NCBI GenBank assembly: GCA_027067555.1
Contig: JAMOVU010000191.1
Coordinates: 6,750 to 70,749 of the forward strand
Length of the DNA: 64,000 nt
Direction: 5' to 3'
From: Candidatus Aminicenantes bacterium
GTDB taxonomy: Bacteria; Acidobacteriota; Aminicenantia; JAMOAD01
The position numbers and the translations under genes were made by a program. Below are positions 16,926 through 27,677 of this stretch, piece by piece; position 1 is the first letter of the stretch; every line of letters starts with the position of its first letter. The notes beneath the pieces are model-generated. The model was not told the DNA's origin, made no database searches, and saw only the letters and a program-made list of their open reading frames with translations.

Positions 16926-17797
16926 TTGTATCCTTCCCTCCACACGGTTTCCACATTATCATGGTGTTTTTCTATTTTGCTCACGAGGGCCTTGATTTCA
17001 TAATCCGGAGTTGATGCCCCGGCGCTTATTCCTAATATATTAACACCCTCTAAAAGCTCAGGACTAAAATCTTTCGCTCTTTCTATATGGTATGTTTTTG
17101 GCTGGTATTTTTTAGCTCTTTCATAAAGAGTCCTTGTATTAGAACTATGTTTTCCTCCTAAAATAATCATCATATCAGATTCTTTTGCCAATTTTATTGT
17201 GTCCTTTTGTCTCATTACCGTAGTATAACAGATTGTATCATAAATAAGAGGGTTTGTTGAGTGTTTTTTAATAAAATCTACTATATTTTCAAATTTTTCG
17301 GGATTAAATGTAGTTTGCGCAATAACACCCAAGCTTTTTTTCAGAATATCATCTGAAAGCTCGTCTATGCTACTTATCACTTTTGCATCGGGGCCACCAT
17401 AACCCACCTCTCCTTTTACCTCAGGGTGTTCGGGTTTTCCTATTATTATTGGTAATCTCTTCTCTTCATATATTCTTTTGACAAGTAACTGGGCTTTTTT
17501 TACCAAGGGACAGGTTGTATCCACAATTTTCGCATTCTTTTTTTTCAAGAGCTCCTCTTCCTGAGGAGAGATTCCATGGGTTCTTATAACCACAGTAGTT
17601 CCCGGCTCAATTTTCTCCAGGGAATCAATGCTAAAAACTCCTCTTTTTTTCAAATCTTCCACAACAACTTTATTATGTATAAGTTCTCCGTAAACATAAA
17701 GAGGAGTATTCCCCTTTTCTACCTCTTCTTCAATTATTTTTAAAGCTCTCTTTACTCCGAAGCAAAACCCGGCTTCGGAAGCTACAATAATCTTCAT
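16913..17797 (-). CDS. ispH: 4-hydroxy-3-methylbut-2-enyl diphosphate reductase
   Basis: AGFCFGVKRA, DTTCPLV, DTICYTT, SSNT and SAGASTP. Confidence 0.96.
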   Translation of the reverse strand: MKIIVASEAGFCFGVKRALKIIEEEVEKGNTPLYVYGELIHNKVVVEDLKKRGVFSIDSLEKIEPGTTVVIRTHGISPQEEELLKKKNAKIVDTTCPLVKKAQLLVKRIYEEKRLPIIIGKPEHPEVKGEVGYGGPDAKVISSIDELSDDILKKSLGVIAQTTFNPEKFENIVDFIKKHSTNPLIYDTICYTTVMRQKDTIKLAKESDMMIILGGKHSSNTRTLYERAKKYQPKTYHIERAKDFSPELLEGVNILGISAGASTPDYEIKALVSKIEKHHDNVETVWREGYKWEN

Positions 17798-17804
17798 TTT
17801 CGGT

Positions 17805-17833
17805 AGTATAATTGTCTATTTCTTTTTTGTCAA
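17805..17833 (-). promoter_or_regulatory. sigma70 promoter, likely leaderless, for ispH-rpsA
   Basis: TTGACA-17-TATACT, 7 nt before the ATG. Confidence 0.75.
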
Positions 17834-17852
17834 GGTTTTGAAATATATTAGC

Positions 17853-18701
17853 TTAAAACAAAATATTCAGTGTTTTAAAAATAATGGAAGAGGCAATATA
17901 AGAATATTGAGGTAGGTTTTTTATAGGTAAAAATTCAGTAAAATCTATCCCCACAATCTTCTTTTCAGTTTTTTTTATAATTTTTAAAATTTTTTCATAC
18001 TCTTCCAATGTACCCCCTTCTATTTCCGGAGTTCCCACTGCAGGAATTATGGAAGGATCAAAAAAATCAAAGTCAACGGAAATATATATCTTCTCATCTG
18101 TTTGACTCAATCTTTTTGCAAATTTTTTTTCATCAAAATTTTTCAAATCAAAAATTTCAATGCCATCTTTTTTAGAAAATTCAAAATCTTCGATTGAGCC
18201 AGCTCTCATCCCCACCCCGGTGATATCAAAGCCCTCTTCATATATTCTTCTCATAACACAGGCATGGGAAAATTTGGTCCCCTCATAAGAATCTCTCATA
18301 TCATAGTGAGCATCAAAAAAAACAATTGAAAAATTACCCTTTATTTTCTTGATTGCTCTGACAATCGGAAGTGTAATAGTATGCTCCCCTCCTATTGAAA
18401 TGAAATATTTACTTTCCTTATATTCTTCTTTAACTCTTTTTTCAATTTTTCCAAGCGAAATTTCTTCACTATCTTCCTTTTTGAATTCCACCGGTTTTAA
18501 AGTGTAAAAATCTTCATCTCTGTAAATCTTACCTGTTTCAGGGTCAAAAAGTTCAAGAGAGTATGAGTTTTTAATTATTTCTTCCGGGGCTCTGGATGTC
18601 CCCTTTAGAAAAGATGTTGTTTTTTCATACGGAATGGGAAGAAAGAGATATTTTGCTTTTTCATAGGAAAGGTTTTCACTATCAAGAAAAGTATCAACCA
18701 T
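17853..18701 (-). CDS. speB: Agmatinase (ureohydrolase family)
   Basis: GGEHTIT, FDAHYD, SHACVMRR and SVDFDFFDPS..PAVGTP. Confidence 0.88.
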   Translation of the reverse strand: MVDTFLDSENLSYEKAKYLFLPIPYEKTTSFLKGTSRAPEEIIKNSYSLELFDPETGKIYRDEDFYTLKPVEFKKEDSEEISLGKIEKRVKEEYKESKYFISIGGEHTITLPIVRAIKKIKGNFSIVFFDAHYDMRDSYEGTKFSHACVMRRIYEEGFDITGVGMRAGSIEDFEFSKKDGIEIFDLKNFDEKKFAKRLSQTDEKIYISVDFDFFDPSIIPAVGTPEIEGGTLEEYEKILKIIKKTEKKIVGIDFTEFLPIKNLPQYSYIASSIIFKTLNILF

Positions 18702-19863
18702 TTATAGCTTCCGCTATTTTTGAAATTCCTTCTCTTATATCTTCCTCTGACGCTGCATAGGAAATTCTAATAAAACCCTCTGTTCCGAAAGCCTCCCCGG
18801 GAACTACCACCACATGAAATTTTTCAATAAGATGCTCGGAGAATTCATAAGTGTTTTTAAACTTTCCTTTGATAGCATCTTTTACATAGGGAAAAAGGTA
18901 AAAAGCTCCTTCCGGTTTTGTTATTTTTATTTTGGGAATCTTTTTTAAAAGAGAATAAGCAAGATCTCTTCTTCTCTCATACTCTCTTACCATTTTTTCA
19001 ATCTCATCCTTCTCATCAGTTAAAGCTACAAGAGCTGCATATTGAGAGGGGGTTGCAGGGTTTGATGTAGAATGACTTTGAAGTATTTTCATATAATTTA
19101 TTATTTCTTCAGGACCAAAGGTAAATCCCACTCTCCATCCTGTCATTGCAAAAGTTTTTGAAAAAGAACCCGAAATCAAAACTCTGTCTTTTGCCTCTGG
19201 GAAAATTTTTAAAGGAGACGGATATTCAGAATTATCATAAATTATTCTTCTATAACACTCATCCACAAGAAGATAAAAGTCGTATTCAATTGCAGCTTTC
19301 AATAGTTTCTCAAGCTCTTCCTCCTTCATTATTATTCCCGTAGGGTTTGAAGGGGAAGAAAGGATAAAAAGTTTTATACCTTTTTTTATTTCAGGTAAAT
19401 AATCTTCAAATTTATAGTAAAAATTCTTACCATTCCAGGAGTCAATAAAAACAGGTGTAGCCCCTGTGAATTTTACTATTTCAGGATATGATACCCAGTA
19501 GGGTTTTGGGATTAAAACTCTATCTTTTTCTGACAGAAGTACATTAGCTATGAGAAAAATTGAAAACTTACTGCCCGGATGAATCATTATCTCATTAAGA
19601 TTAAATCTGTATCCCTGTTCCCTTTCGTAAACTTTGATGAGAGCTTCCCTGAGCTCCTTGATTCCGGACGCCATTGTATATTTTGTTTTATTTCCCCTGA
19701 TAGCTTTTATTCCAGCCTCTTTTATGTATTCGGGAGTGGGAAAATCAGGTTCACCCACACTTAAGGAAATTACTCTTTTTCCTTGATCTTTTAACTCCTT
19801 TGCCTTTACAACAAGTGCTAAGGTTGAACTTATTTTTAATTTTTTAATTTTTTCATTCAGCAT
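18694..19863 (-). CDS. PLP-dependent class I aminotransferase (aspartate aminotransferase-like)
   Basis: GEPDFPTP, SPSNPTG, DECY and SFSKTFAMTGWRVG. Confidence 0.93.
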   Translation of the reverse strand: MLNEKIKKLKISSTLALVVKAKELKDQGKRVISLSVGEPDFPTPEYIKEAGIKAIRGNKTKYTMASGIKELREALIKVYEREQGYRFNLNEIMIHPGSKFSIFLIANVLLSEKDRVLIPKPYWVSYPEIVKFTGATPVFIDSWNGKNFYYKFEDYLPEIKKGIKLFILSSPSNPTGIIMKEEELEKLLKAAIEYDFYLLVDECYRRIIYDNSEYPSPLKIFPEAKDRVLISGSFSKTFAMTGWRVGFTFGPEEIINYMKILQSHSTSNPATPSQYAALVALTDEKDEIEKMVREYERRRDLAYSLLKKIPKIKITKPEGAFYLFPYVKDAIKGKFKNTYEFSEHLIEKFHVVVVPGEAFGTEGFIRISYAASEEDIREGISKIAEAING

Positions 19864-19868
19864 TAACT

Positions 19869-19897
19869 ATTATATATAAATAGAAAGGGCATTTCAA
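19869..19897 (-). promoter_or_regulatory. sigma70 promoter, likely leaderless
   Basis: TTGAAA-17-TATAAT, 5 nt before ATG 19863. Confidence 0.7.
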
Positions 19898-19926
19898 TCA
19901 ATTTTTAAAAAATAACAAACAATCCT

Positions 19927-20907
19927 TTACAGAAAGCCTTTCTCTTTCATCCAATCATCATTAAATATTGTGCTTACATATTTAAAGGCAGTATCAGGAA
20001 AAATTGTAACTATTCTCGCAGGTTTATCCAATTTTTCCAGAAGCTTAATAACTCCCCAATAAGCGGCTCCGCTGGATCCTCCTCCTAAAATCGCCTCTTC
20101 TCTTACTAATTTTCTCGTATAAAGAAAGGCCTCTTTATCGCTTATTTTATACATATCATCTATAACCGAAAAATCAACACACTTTATTAAAAATTCATCT
20201 CCAAGACCTTCCAGAAGATATGGAGAAGCTTTTGTGATTTTGCCATAATGAAAATAATCGTAAAAAATGGAACCTACGGGATCTATCGCTATCACTTTAA
20301 TGTTCGGATCCTTTTCCTTTAAATATCTACCTACTCCGCAAATAGTTCCCCCGGTCCCAATTCCAGCAACAAAATAATCTATTTTCCCTTCCATCTGCTC
20401 CCAGATTTCAGGACCTGTGGTCATATAATGAGCCTCATTATTGTCTCTATTGTTGTGCTGATCCGGAAAATAAGAGTTGGGGGTTTTTTCAACTATGGAA
20501 GGGGTAATATTATTATAGCTATTCGGGTCTTCAGGGGGAAGGGTACTATCCACTTTGATAAGGTCAACACCAAGAGCTTCAAGAAGATTGACTTTTTCCT
20601 TGCTTGTTCGATCCCTTATAACAATCTTTAGTTTATATCCTTTTTGAATTGCAACCAATGCAAGCCCTAAAGCAGTATTTCCTGAAGAATTTTCAATTAT
20701 TATTGAATCTTCCTTTATCTTCCCCTCTCTTTCAGCTTTTTCTATCATATATTTTGCAATTCTATCCTTAATACTTCCCATGGGATTGTAAAATTCAAGT
20801 TTTGCATAAACCTCTGCATTAACCTTATTTTTTAATTTATTAAGTTTTACAAGGGGTGTGTTTCCCACAACATCAAGGATATTCTCATATACATTTTTTT
20901 TCATCAT
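19927..20907 (-). CDS. Cysteine synthase / cystathionine beta-synthase family PLP enzyme
   Basis: [14 protein letters not shown] and GIGTGGT. Confidence 0.92.
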   Translation of the reverse strand: MMKKNVYENILDVVGNTPLVKLNKLKNKVNAEVYAKLEFYNPMGSIKDRIAKYMIEKAEREGKIKEDSIIIENSSGNTALGLALVAIQKGYKLKIVIRDRTSKEKVNLLEALGVDLIKVDSTLPPEDPNSYNNITPSIVEKTPNSYFPDQHNNRDNNEAHYMTTGPEIWEQMEGKIDYFVAGIGTGGTICGVGRYLKEKDPNIKVIAIDPVGSIFYDYFHYGKITKASPYLLEGLGDEFLIKCVDFSVIDDMYKISDKEAFLYTRKLVREEAILGGGSSGAAYWGVIKLLEKLDKPARIVTIFPDTAFKYVSTIFNDDWMKEKGFL

Positions 20908-21932
20908 TTATCTCCGATTATATTTTTGATATTTTCTTCATAAGGTGGAAGTATAACACCTTTTTCAGTAATAATCCCGGAAACATATCTTGAAGGGGTA
21001 ACATCAAAAGCAGGGTTTTTTATTTTAACTTCTTCGGGAGCAATCCTCTTTCCATTGATAACCAAAACTTCATTTCTATTTCTTTCCTCAATGGGAATCT
21101 CTTCTCCACTTCTAAGTGAAAGATCAAATGTGGAGTAGGGAGCTGCTACATAAAAGGGGATACCATGCTCCTTTGCCAAAACAGCTACGGAGTAAGTCCC
21201 TATTTTATTGGCAAAATCTCCATTTGCGACTATTCGGTCAGCACCAACAACCACCTTTTTTATCTCTCCCTTTTTCATAAAAAAGCCTGCCATATTATCA
21301 GAAATCAAATATGTCTCTATCCCATCCTTTAAAAGTTCCCATGTAGTAAGTCTTGCTCCTTGAAGAAAAGGCCTTGTTTCATCGGCAAATACTCTGATTT
21401 TCTTCCCTGAGAAATGAGCTGCTCTTATAACACCCAAAGCTGTTCCATACCCGCCAGTTGCCAGAGCTCCCGCATTACAATGGGTTAGTATTGTATCTCC
21501 ATTATCAATGAGAGAATTTCCGAATTCTCCCATCTTTTTATTCATCTCAACATCTTCTCTTTCTATCTCAAGAGCCTCTTCTATCAGAGCTTTTGATTTT
21601 TCCCCATAGCTTTTTCCTTGAGAAGACTCATATTTTATTTTCATCCTATCTATAGCCCAAAAAAGATTTTTTGCAGTGGGCCTTGTTTTGGAAAGTCTTT
21701 CACATATATTTAGAAAAGCATTTTTATCATCCTTTCCTAAGTTCTTGTACCCCAGAGCTATCCCCATTGCAGCAGCAATACCGATAGCCGGAGCTCCTCT
21801 TATTATCATCTTTTCAATTGCTTCAGCCACTTCCTCAAAGGTTTTTAATTCATGGTAAATTTCCTCCACAGGAAGTTTTCTCTGATCAACCATAATTATC
21901 CTGTCATCTTTCCACTCTATTGTCGGTAGCAT
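20904..21932 (-). CDS. mtnA: S-methyl-5-thioribose-1-phosphate isomerase
   Basis: [36 protein letters not shown] and NPAFDVTP. Confidence 0.96.
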   Translation of the reverse strand: MLPTIEWKDDRIIMVDQRKLPVEEIYHELKTFEEVAEAIEKMIIRGAPAIGIAAAMGIALGYKNLGKDDKNAFLNICERLSKTRPTAKNLFWAIDRMKIKYESSQGKSYGEKSKALIEEALEIEREDVEMNKKMGEFGNSLIDNGDTILTHCNAGALATGGYGTALGVIRAAHFSGKKIRVFADETRPFLQGARLTTWELLKDGIETYLISDNMAGFFMKKGEIKKVVVGADRIVANGDFANKIGTYSVAVLAKEHGIPFYVAAPYSTFDLSLRSGEEIPIEERNRNEVLVINGKRIAPEEVKIKNPAFDVTPSRYVSGIITEKGVILPPYEENIKNIIGDK

Positions 21933-22707
21933 AATACCTCCTTAAAATTTTTTCATACTTTTCAGCAAGCTTTTTATCCATACTCTTTAAAATAAATTTT
22001 ATTGAATAAAGAATATCTCTTTTGTATATTTCTCCTATACCAAATTCAAGGCTTAGGATAGCCTCTGTCAGTGCTTTTTCTCTCCTTTTGGAATTGAGGT
22101 AAAGAGAGAATAGATAATAATGCAAAAGGGGAGAGGAAAAATCTTTGTTTGTGAGCTTTTCAATAATTTTTATTCCAGAAATATATTTTTTTTCATTGAT
22201 TCTTTTTTCTCTAAAAAGAAGTATCAAAGATTGTGAATAAATCTCAGCAGCAGAAATTTTCAGATTATATTTTTTTGTTTTCAGAAGATTTGCCGAGAGC
22301 TCTTTTGAGATTTCATAATAGCCCTTTTTTAAAAAATAGATTGATTTCAATAGTAAAAATTCCTCTCTAAAAAGTACAGGTGGATAGGAAACCTTCTCAA
22401 TTTCATTGATAGCCTTTTCATCCTCCCCGATTTCAAGATAAGATAGAGCTTTGTAGTATTTTTTCAAAAAGGGAGAAAGCTCTTCTTTATCCGCTTCCTC
22501 AATAACAGTTTTAAAGTATGCAATTGATTCTTTTGTATATCCCCCTGTTTTAAGGGCTTTGGCTTTATTAAAAAGGCTGTTAATCCTTGTTTGAGGAGAG
22601 ACGCAGGAGAAGAAAAATATTGAAAATAATATTAAAAGAAAAAGCTTATGATAATTTTTCAAATATAATCTCCCTGAAATTCTTTTTATCATAAATTTCC
22701 TCTGCAA
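21904..22707 (-). CDS. Hypothetical TPR-like lipoprotein
   Basis: Hydrophobic signal ending FFSC followed by helical repeat-like sequence. Start uncertain. Confidence 0.55.
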   Translation of the reverse strand: MQRKFMIKRISGRLYLKNYHKLFLLILFSIFFFSCVSPQTRINSLFNKAKALKTGGYTKESIAYFKTVIEEADKEELSPFLKKYYKALSYLEIGEDEKAINEIEKVSYPPVLFREEFLLLKSIYFLKKGYYEISKELSANLLKTKKYNLKISAAEIYSQSLILLFREKRINEKKYISGIKIIEKLTNKDFSSPLLHYYLFSLYLNSKRREKALTEAILSLEFGIGEIYKRDILYSIKFILKSMDKKLAEKYEKILRRYYATDNRVER

Positions 22708-23197
22708 AAGCTTTAACCATCAGATTTATTGTATTAAAAAGATTATCTTTTATTTTTGATGTTTTTATCTTCTTAATTCCTTCCAAAATCTTTTTTCTTT
22801 TGTTTTTATATATTTTTGAAATCCGGTAAAGGTTTCCTTTCTTTAGCTCGTCTTGCAATATAAAACACAAAAAGGGTTCTTTCAATTCTATCAAAGGATA
22901 AAGTATTTTAAATTCTTCTCTTAATGTTTTCAAATCCTTTTCTCTTATCTCCTTTTGATAAAGTTTACTTAAAACTTTATTCTCCTCGAAAAAATATAAA
23001 ATAAAATCATCCGGCTTTGAACTTACGATTGTGCTCAGTCTGGGAATTATTATCTTTGTATTTTCATTTATCCGCTCATTTCTTTTTAATGCTGTGTAAA
23101 TAAGGGAAAAAAGAATATAAGCTGCTTCCTCTTGATTCTTTAATAAATGTGGTTTTACCAAATCATAAAATTTCTTAATTAGTGCACTAAAATTCAT
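22646..23197 (-). CDS. Hypothetical protein
   Basis: 183-aa ORF with GGAG SD and an upstream TTGATA-17-TAAAAT promoter (23221-23249). Confidence 0.6.
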   Translation of the reverse strand: MNFSALIKKFYDLVKPHLLKNQEEAAYILFSLIYTALKRNERINENTKIIIPRLSTIVSSKPDDFILYFFEENKVLSKLYQKEIREKDLKTLREEFKILYPLIELKEPFLCFILQDELKKGNLYRISKIYKNKRKKILEGIKKIKTSKIKDNLFNTINLMVKAFAEEIYDKKNFREIIFEKLS

Positions 23198-23327
23198 CTT
23201 TTCTCCGATAAGATTTAATTATTTTACTCTAATCAATTTGTTTTATCAACAGAAAATTTTCTCCTCTAACTTTATTTTGGGAGAAAAAAATCGGCAAGAA
23301 AAGATTAAATTTTATAGTGGTTTCTAT

Positions 23328-24431
23328 TTAAGCTTCCTCTGATTCTGGCTCATCCTTTGTTATTACAAAGGACAGAGCAATTAATGTTACCCCTACCAGA
23401 ATTATTGTTACTGAAATATTTGAAATTTTTGAAAAAAGCCCGGAAAAAATTTTATTTAAAAGAAGTATTATTCTTTCTGAAAAAATTGCTTCTATTTGAG
23501 AAACCTCAGAATCATAATTAAGATTTATTGCACTTATTGGAATTATCCCTATGGTTTTTACTATTCCTGATACAAAAGAGTGAAGAGCAAGACTTCCAAC
23601 TCCAGTTATTACAGTAGCTCCTCCACCCCATCTCAATATCCCCTGAATTGAAGAATCAGCAACAACAGCCCCTAAAAAAATAAAAAAGAATGGAATAAGG
23701 AAAACAACATAGGAGTAAGTATTTAAAGTTCTTAAAATTTTTATGTTTCTAATGGTTTCCGATGGATTATTTCGATAATTTGAAAAAGCTCCATGATTTT
23801 TTAGGATGTCAGTTTCATCGGGCATCTCTTTAACAGAGGCTTCAAGGTTTTTCTTTATCAATTCTTTTATCTTTTCTTCACTTAAAGAGGTTGGATTACA
23901 GGTAGGCGGATTTTCTCTGAAATTTTCTATCTTTACAAGCCACTCCTCTTCTTCTGTTTTGGAACATGGAGGAAGATTTTTAATTAATTTTGCAAGATAA
24001 TCGGAGAGATAATCTCCAGTAATAGCTGCCTTCAAAGGCCTGAGATTAAGTTTTATAGAGCGTATTTCAGTTTCACCTGAGAGGACTTTCCCCAAAAGAT
24101 ACATTGAATCTGAAAGATCCTCCTCAAACCATTTTGTAAAACCGGCTTTTTCCATTACCTCCTTTGTGGGGATTCCAACTTTTGCCATTGCTGTAAGCCA
24201 CTTTCTTGATTCCTCATCTATTTCCGGATCATCGGGATTTTCCTTTGCTTTCTCTATTAAATCATTAACAAGCTCGGGAATTTCAGTGACAATCATCTGA
24301 GGTAAATCTTTATAAAATTGAGAAGAGAGAGCTCCCTTTGCAATTCCAACACCCCATATTATACCAAATAGAATAGGCATTCCTAAAAATAAAAGAATCA
24401 GTGCTCCAAAAATTTTTCTAAGGACATTCAT
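23328..24431 (-). CDS. Hypothetical multi-pass membrane protein
   Basis: One N-terminal and three C-terminal TM segments around a soluble domain containing two Cys; GGAGG SD. Confidence 0.7.
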   Translation of the reverse strand: MNVLRKIFGALILLFLGMPILFGIIWGVGIAKGALSSQFYKDLPQMIVTEIPELVNDLIEKAKENPDDPEIDEESRKWLTAMAKVGIPTKEVMEKAGFTKWFEEDLSDSMYLLGKVLSGETEIRSIKLNLRPLKAAITGDYLSDYLAKLIKNLPPCSKTEEEEWLVKIENFRENPPTCNPTSLSEEKIKELIKKNLEASVKEMPDETDILKNHGAFSNYRNNPSETIRNIKILRTLNTYSYVVFLIPFFFIFLGAVVADSSIQGILRWGGGATVITGVGSLALHSFVSGIVKTIGIIPISAINLNYDSEVSQIEAIFSERIILLLNKIFSGLFSKISNISVTIILVGVTLIALSFVITKDEPESEEA

Positions 24432-24461
24432 TTAAAACCCTCCGTCTTTAATACTTATTAT

Positions 24462-24486
24462 AACGGAATTTTCGTATTTTTGTTCC
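24462..24486 (-). promoter_or_regulatory. Putative ECF-sigma promoter
   Basis: GGAAC-16 nt-CGTT upstream of the membrane protein gene, just after the ECF operon. Confidence 0.5.
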
Positions 24487-24487
24487 C

Positions 24488-24985
24488 TTAAAACCTTCTT
24501 CTTTTGCTAATACTTACAAATCTCATTATTCTGTAAGTTATATACCGCTGTTTTTCTTTTGGGAATTTTTTTACTTCTTCTGTTGCTTTTTCAAGGAAGA
24601 TAATATCAATCTTTGCCTGATTTTCGTGAATTTCCTTAACAAGAGCTTTTGTTTTTGCTATATCTCCACTGTTTATACTCTGGAAGAGCTCTCTTTTCAA
24701 GTTGATTTGTTTTACGATCAAAGGCCTTAATGTCACAAAAATATTCTTGAAAAAAGCCCTTAATTCTCTTCTCTCTTCTGCGGTAAGTTTTATATCCTTA
24801 TAGGAATAACGGGGATGATGAAATGAATTTCTGATATTTTCCGGTGCTTTTGTCTCAGGTGGGGGAAGGGGAGAAATTTGATTTGCATGAGTTGCTCTTT
24901 CATAGATTAAGTATCCTATAATTCCTATATTAAGAGCAAAGGAAAAAACCAAAAGAAAAATTATTAATCTATTCTGTTCGCTCAT
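24488..24985 (-). CDS. Periplasmic Spy/CpxP/heavy-metal-sensor-like protein
   Basis: N-terminal TM (SFALNIG), LTAEER motif, helical; third gene of an ECF operon. Confidence 0.6.
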   Translation of the reverse strand: MSEQNRLIIFLLVFSFALNIGIIGYLIYERATHANQISPLPPPETKAPENIRNSFHHPRYSYKDIKLTAEERRELRAFFKNIFVTLRPLIVKQINLKRELFQSINSGDIAKTKALVKEIHENQAKIDIIFLEKATEEVKKFPKEKQRYITYRIMRFVSISKRRRF

Positions 24986-25394
24986 TTAAAACCTCCTCGG
25001 CTGATATACTTTGAATATACGGTTCAATGTAAAAAGTATTCTCTTTTATAAGAGATAGGGTTTTGTCTTCCTCTTTTTTATTCAAACCCATTCCCAGAAG
25101 AACACCTATTATTAAACCTAAGGCAAAAACAATAGGATAAAGAAACTTTGTTATTTGATGGAAAAGGGAGTCTCTTTTTTGCTTTTCTATTAACTCCATT
25201 GTTTTAAAATCAAGCTCTGGCGGAACTTTTACTTTTTCCTCTTCAATATTATTTACAAAAGAAGAGAGAATTTCAAACTCTCTTTTGCATGAGGTACATT
25301 TTTTCAAATGTTCCTCAAACTCTTTTTTCAAATTATCTTCAATTTCCCCGCTTATATATATTAAAAAAAGCTCTTTTGCTTCAGAGCACCTCAT
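24969..25394 (-). CDS. Zinc-binding anti-sigma factor (zf-HC2)
   Basis: MRC...EHLKKCTSC (HxxxCxxC) plus a TM helix. Confidence 0.88.
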   Translation of the reverse strand: MRCSEAKELFLIYISGEIEDNLKKEFEEHLKKCTSCKREFEILSSFVNNIEEEKVKVPPELDFKTMELIEKQKRDSLFHQITKFLYPIVFALGLIIGVLLGMGLNKKEEDKTLSLIKENTFYIEPYIQSISAEEVLNERTE

Positions 25395-25962
25395 TTTTTT
25401 CTACCTCCTTTGCTTTATAATTTTTATTTCTATTATTCCTTTCTTCAATTAACCTGTAAATTTTTATTATATTTTTACCTGCCCTGCTCAAAAGAGACTC
25501 CACTGCCTTAACAGAAATATCGAGCTCACTGGAAATATCCTTTAAACTGTATCCCTCAAACTTTTGAAGTATTAGAACCATCCTTTGAGAGGGGGGAAGC
25601 TTTTTTAAAATCAAATTCACAAGCTCTTTATCACTCAATTTTTTCAAAATCAAATCTTCATAAATCAGTTCTGCTATTTTTTCTATACTTACACTTGCTT
25701 TCTCTTTTCTTAAAAAACTGAAAGTAGCATTAAGGCAAATCCTACGAAGGTATGGCCAGAAAGGTCTTGATGGGTCAATTTTTTTCTTATTTTTAAAAAC
25801 ATTTAAAAAAACTTCCTGAAATATATCCTCAGCTTTTTCTCTGTTTTTTACTATATTGTAAATAAGAGAATAAACCCTATTCTTATACTCCCCGTAAATT
25901 TTGTAAAAAGCAGACTTATCCCCTTTCTGAAAAGCAATTAGAATCTCTCTCTCATTCTCCAT
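25381..25962 (-). CDS. ECF RNA polymerase sigma factor
   Basis: AEDIFQEVF (region 2) and LPPSQR...EGYSLKDIS...VESLLSRA (region 4). Confidence 0.92.
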   Translation of the reverse strand: MENEREILIAFQKGDKSAFYKIYGEYKNRVYSLIYNIVKNREKAEDIFQEVFLNVFKNKKKIDPSRPFWPYLRRICLNATFSFLRKEKASVSIEKIAELIYEDLILKKLSDKELVNLILKKLPPSQRMVLILQKFEGYSLKDISSELDISVKAVESLLSRAGKNIIKIYRLIEERNNRNKNYKAKEVEKNEVL

Positions 25963-25997
25963 AAATATACTACGCTAAAAAAGAGGAAAAACCTTTC

Positions 25998-26339
25998 CTA
26001 TCCCGGAGGCCATCCGAACTTTCTCCCTCCAAGCAGATGAAGATGGATATGAAAAACCTCTTGGCCTGCATTTTTACCATTGTTAAAAACGAGTCTGAAA
26101 CCATCCTTTGTAAGTCCTTTTTCCTCTGCTATTTTTTTTGCTGTAAAAATTAATTCTCCAACCAAAGAGATATTCTCTTCTTTAATTTCCGCTATGTAGG
26201 GAATGTGTTTTTTAGGGATTATTAAGATATGAACCGGTGCCTGAGGGTTAATGTCTTCAAAAGCAACTATCCTTTCATTTTCAAAAACTATTTTAGAGGG
26301 TATTTCCTTTGCGGCAATCTTGCAGAAAATACAATCCAT
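25998..26339 (-). CDS. Histidine triad nucleotide-binding protein (HinT/PKCI-like)
   Basis: DCIFCKI, DINPQAPVH and GQEVFHIHLHLLGGR. Confidence 0.95.
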   Translation of the reverse strand: MDCIFCKIAAKEIPSKIVFENERIVAFEDINPQAPVHILIIPKKHIPYIAEIKEENISLVGELIFTAKKIAEEKGLTKDGFRLVFNNGKNAGQEVFHIHLHLLGGRKFGWPPG

Positions 26340-26349
26340 TTATCCCTCC

Positions 26350-27606
26350 TTACTCTGTTTTATTTATATTTCCGCCTACTTTTTTTAATTTTTCCGCAAG
26401 TTTTTCATATCCCCTTTCAAGATGATAGATATCGTGAATTATGGTTTTCCCATTGGCAATTAAAGCTGCTATTACAAGGGAAGCGGAAGCTCTCAAGTCT
26501 GTAGCTAATACCTCAGCTCCCGAAAGTTCTGTTTTCCCCATTACACTTACTTCTCCGTTTCCGAGTTTCTTTATATTAGCACCCAATCTTAAAAGTTCGT
26601 CAACATGGTGAAACCTACCGGGAAAGATTGTATCTCTTATTATGGACCTACCCTCTGCTTGCGTAAGAAGAACCATAAATTGAGCCTGCATATCTGTGGG
26701 GAAGCCGGGAAATGGCTGGGTTTCTATATCAACAGGATTTATTTTTTCGCTTCTCCTTACCATATAATAATCACTCCCTTCTTTCGGGAAAACCCCTGCC
26801 TCATTTAATTTTAATATAATGCTCCTTACATGCTCTGGAATTACATTTGAGATACGAAGATTTTTTGCTATTAGAGAACCAATTATTAAATAAGTACCTG
26901 TTTCTATTCTATCAGGTATTATCGAATACTCTACAGGATGAAGTTTTTTTACACCCTTTACTTTTATTATGTCCGTACCGGCACCTTCTATCTTTGCTCC
27001 CATTTTAATCAAGAGGTTTGCGAGATCTGTAACCTCAGGTTCTTTTGCCGCATTTTCTATAACTGTTTCTCCCTCTGCCAAAACAGCTGCCATAAGAATG
27101 TTTTCAGTGCCAGTAACACTTACCTTTTCAAAATTCAATCTTGTCCCCTTAAGTCTTCTTTTCACTTTTGCAATTATTGTCCCATGCTCCACCCTTATTT
27201 CAGCCCCCATTCTTCTTAAATTCTCTATGTGAAGATCCACAGGCCTTGCGCCTATTTTACATCCTCCCGGGTAAGCAACTCTCACTTCTCCATACCTGGT
27301 TAGAAGCGGTCCTAATACAAGAATGGAAGCCCTCATCTTTTTTACATATTCATAAGGGGCCTCAAGAGAGGATAACTTTTTATTATTAAGGCGAATTAAA
27401 TTATTTTTTTCATCTATGGTAATCTCCCCTCCCAATCCTTTAATAAGGAGGGTCATTGATTTTATATCCTCTACAATAGGTATGTTTTTAAGGAGGATTT
27501 CATCCGTTAAAAGGGAGGCAGCCATAGCCGGAAGTGCAGAATTTTTTGCTCCGGAAATTCTGATTTCTCCCTCTAACTCATTCTGTCCTATTACCTCTAA
27601 TTTCAT
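26350..27606 (-). CDS. murA: UDP-N-acetylglucosamine 1-carboxyvinyltransferase
   Basis: [38 protein letters not shown] and DLRA. Confidence 0.97.
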   Translation of the reverse strand: MKLEVIGQNELEGEIRISGAKNSALPAMAASLLTDEILLKNIPIVEDIKSMTLLIKGLGGEITIDEKNNLIRLNNKKLSSLEAPYEYVKKMRASILVLGPLLTRYGEVRVAYPGGCKIGARPVDLHIENLRRMGAEIRVEHGTIIAKVKRRLKGTRLNFEKVSVTGTENILMAAVLAEGETVIENAAKEPEVTDLANLLIKMGAKIEGAGTDIIKVKGVKKLHPVEYSIIPDRIETGTYLIIGSLIAKNLRISNVIPEHVRSIILKLNEAGVFPKEGSDYYMVRRSEKINPVDIETQPFPGFPTDMQAQFMVLLTQAEGRSIIRDTIFPGRFHHVDELLRLGANIKKLGNGEVSVMGKTELSGAEVLATDLRASASLVIAALIANGKTIIHDIYHLERGYEKLAEKLKKVGGNINKTE

Positions 27607-27611
27607 AAAGA

Positions 27612-27640
27612 ATGATAATCTAAATTAACAATTCTGTAAA
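27612..27640 (-). promoter_or_regulatory. sigma70 promoter, likely leaderless, for murA
   Basis: TTTACA-17-TATCAT, 5 nt before the ATG. Confidence 0.6.
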
Positions 27641-27677
27641 TAGACTGATTAACAAGGAGGTGTTTTTCAAGTAAAAA

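Noticed and set aside
15213..17797. Frameshifted IspH-RpsA fusion
   Set aside because: Both ORFs are complete and rpsA has its own SD and start; this is an ordinary short overlap.
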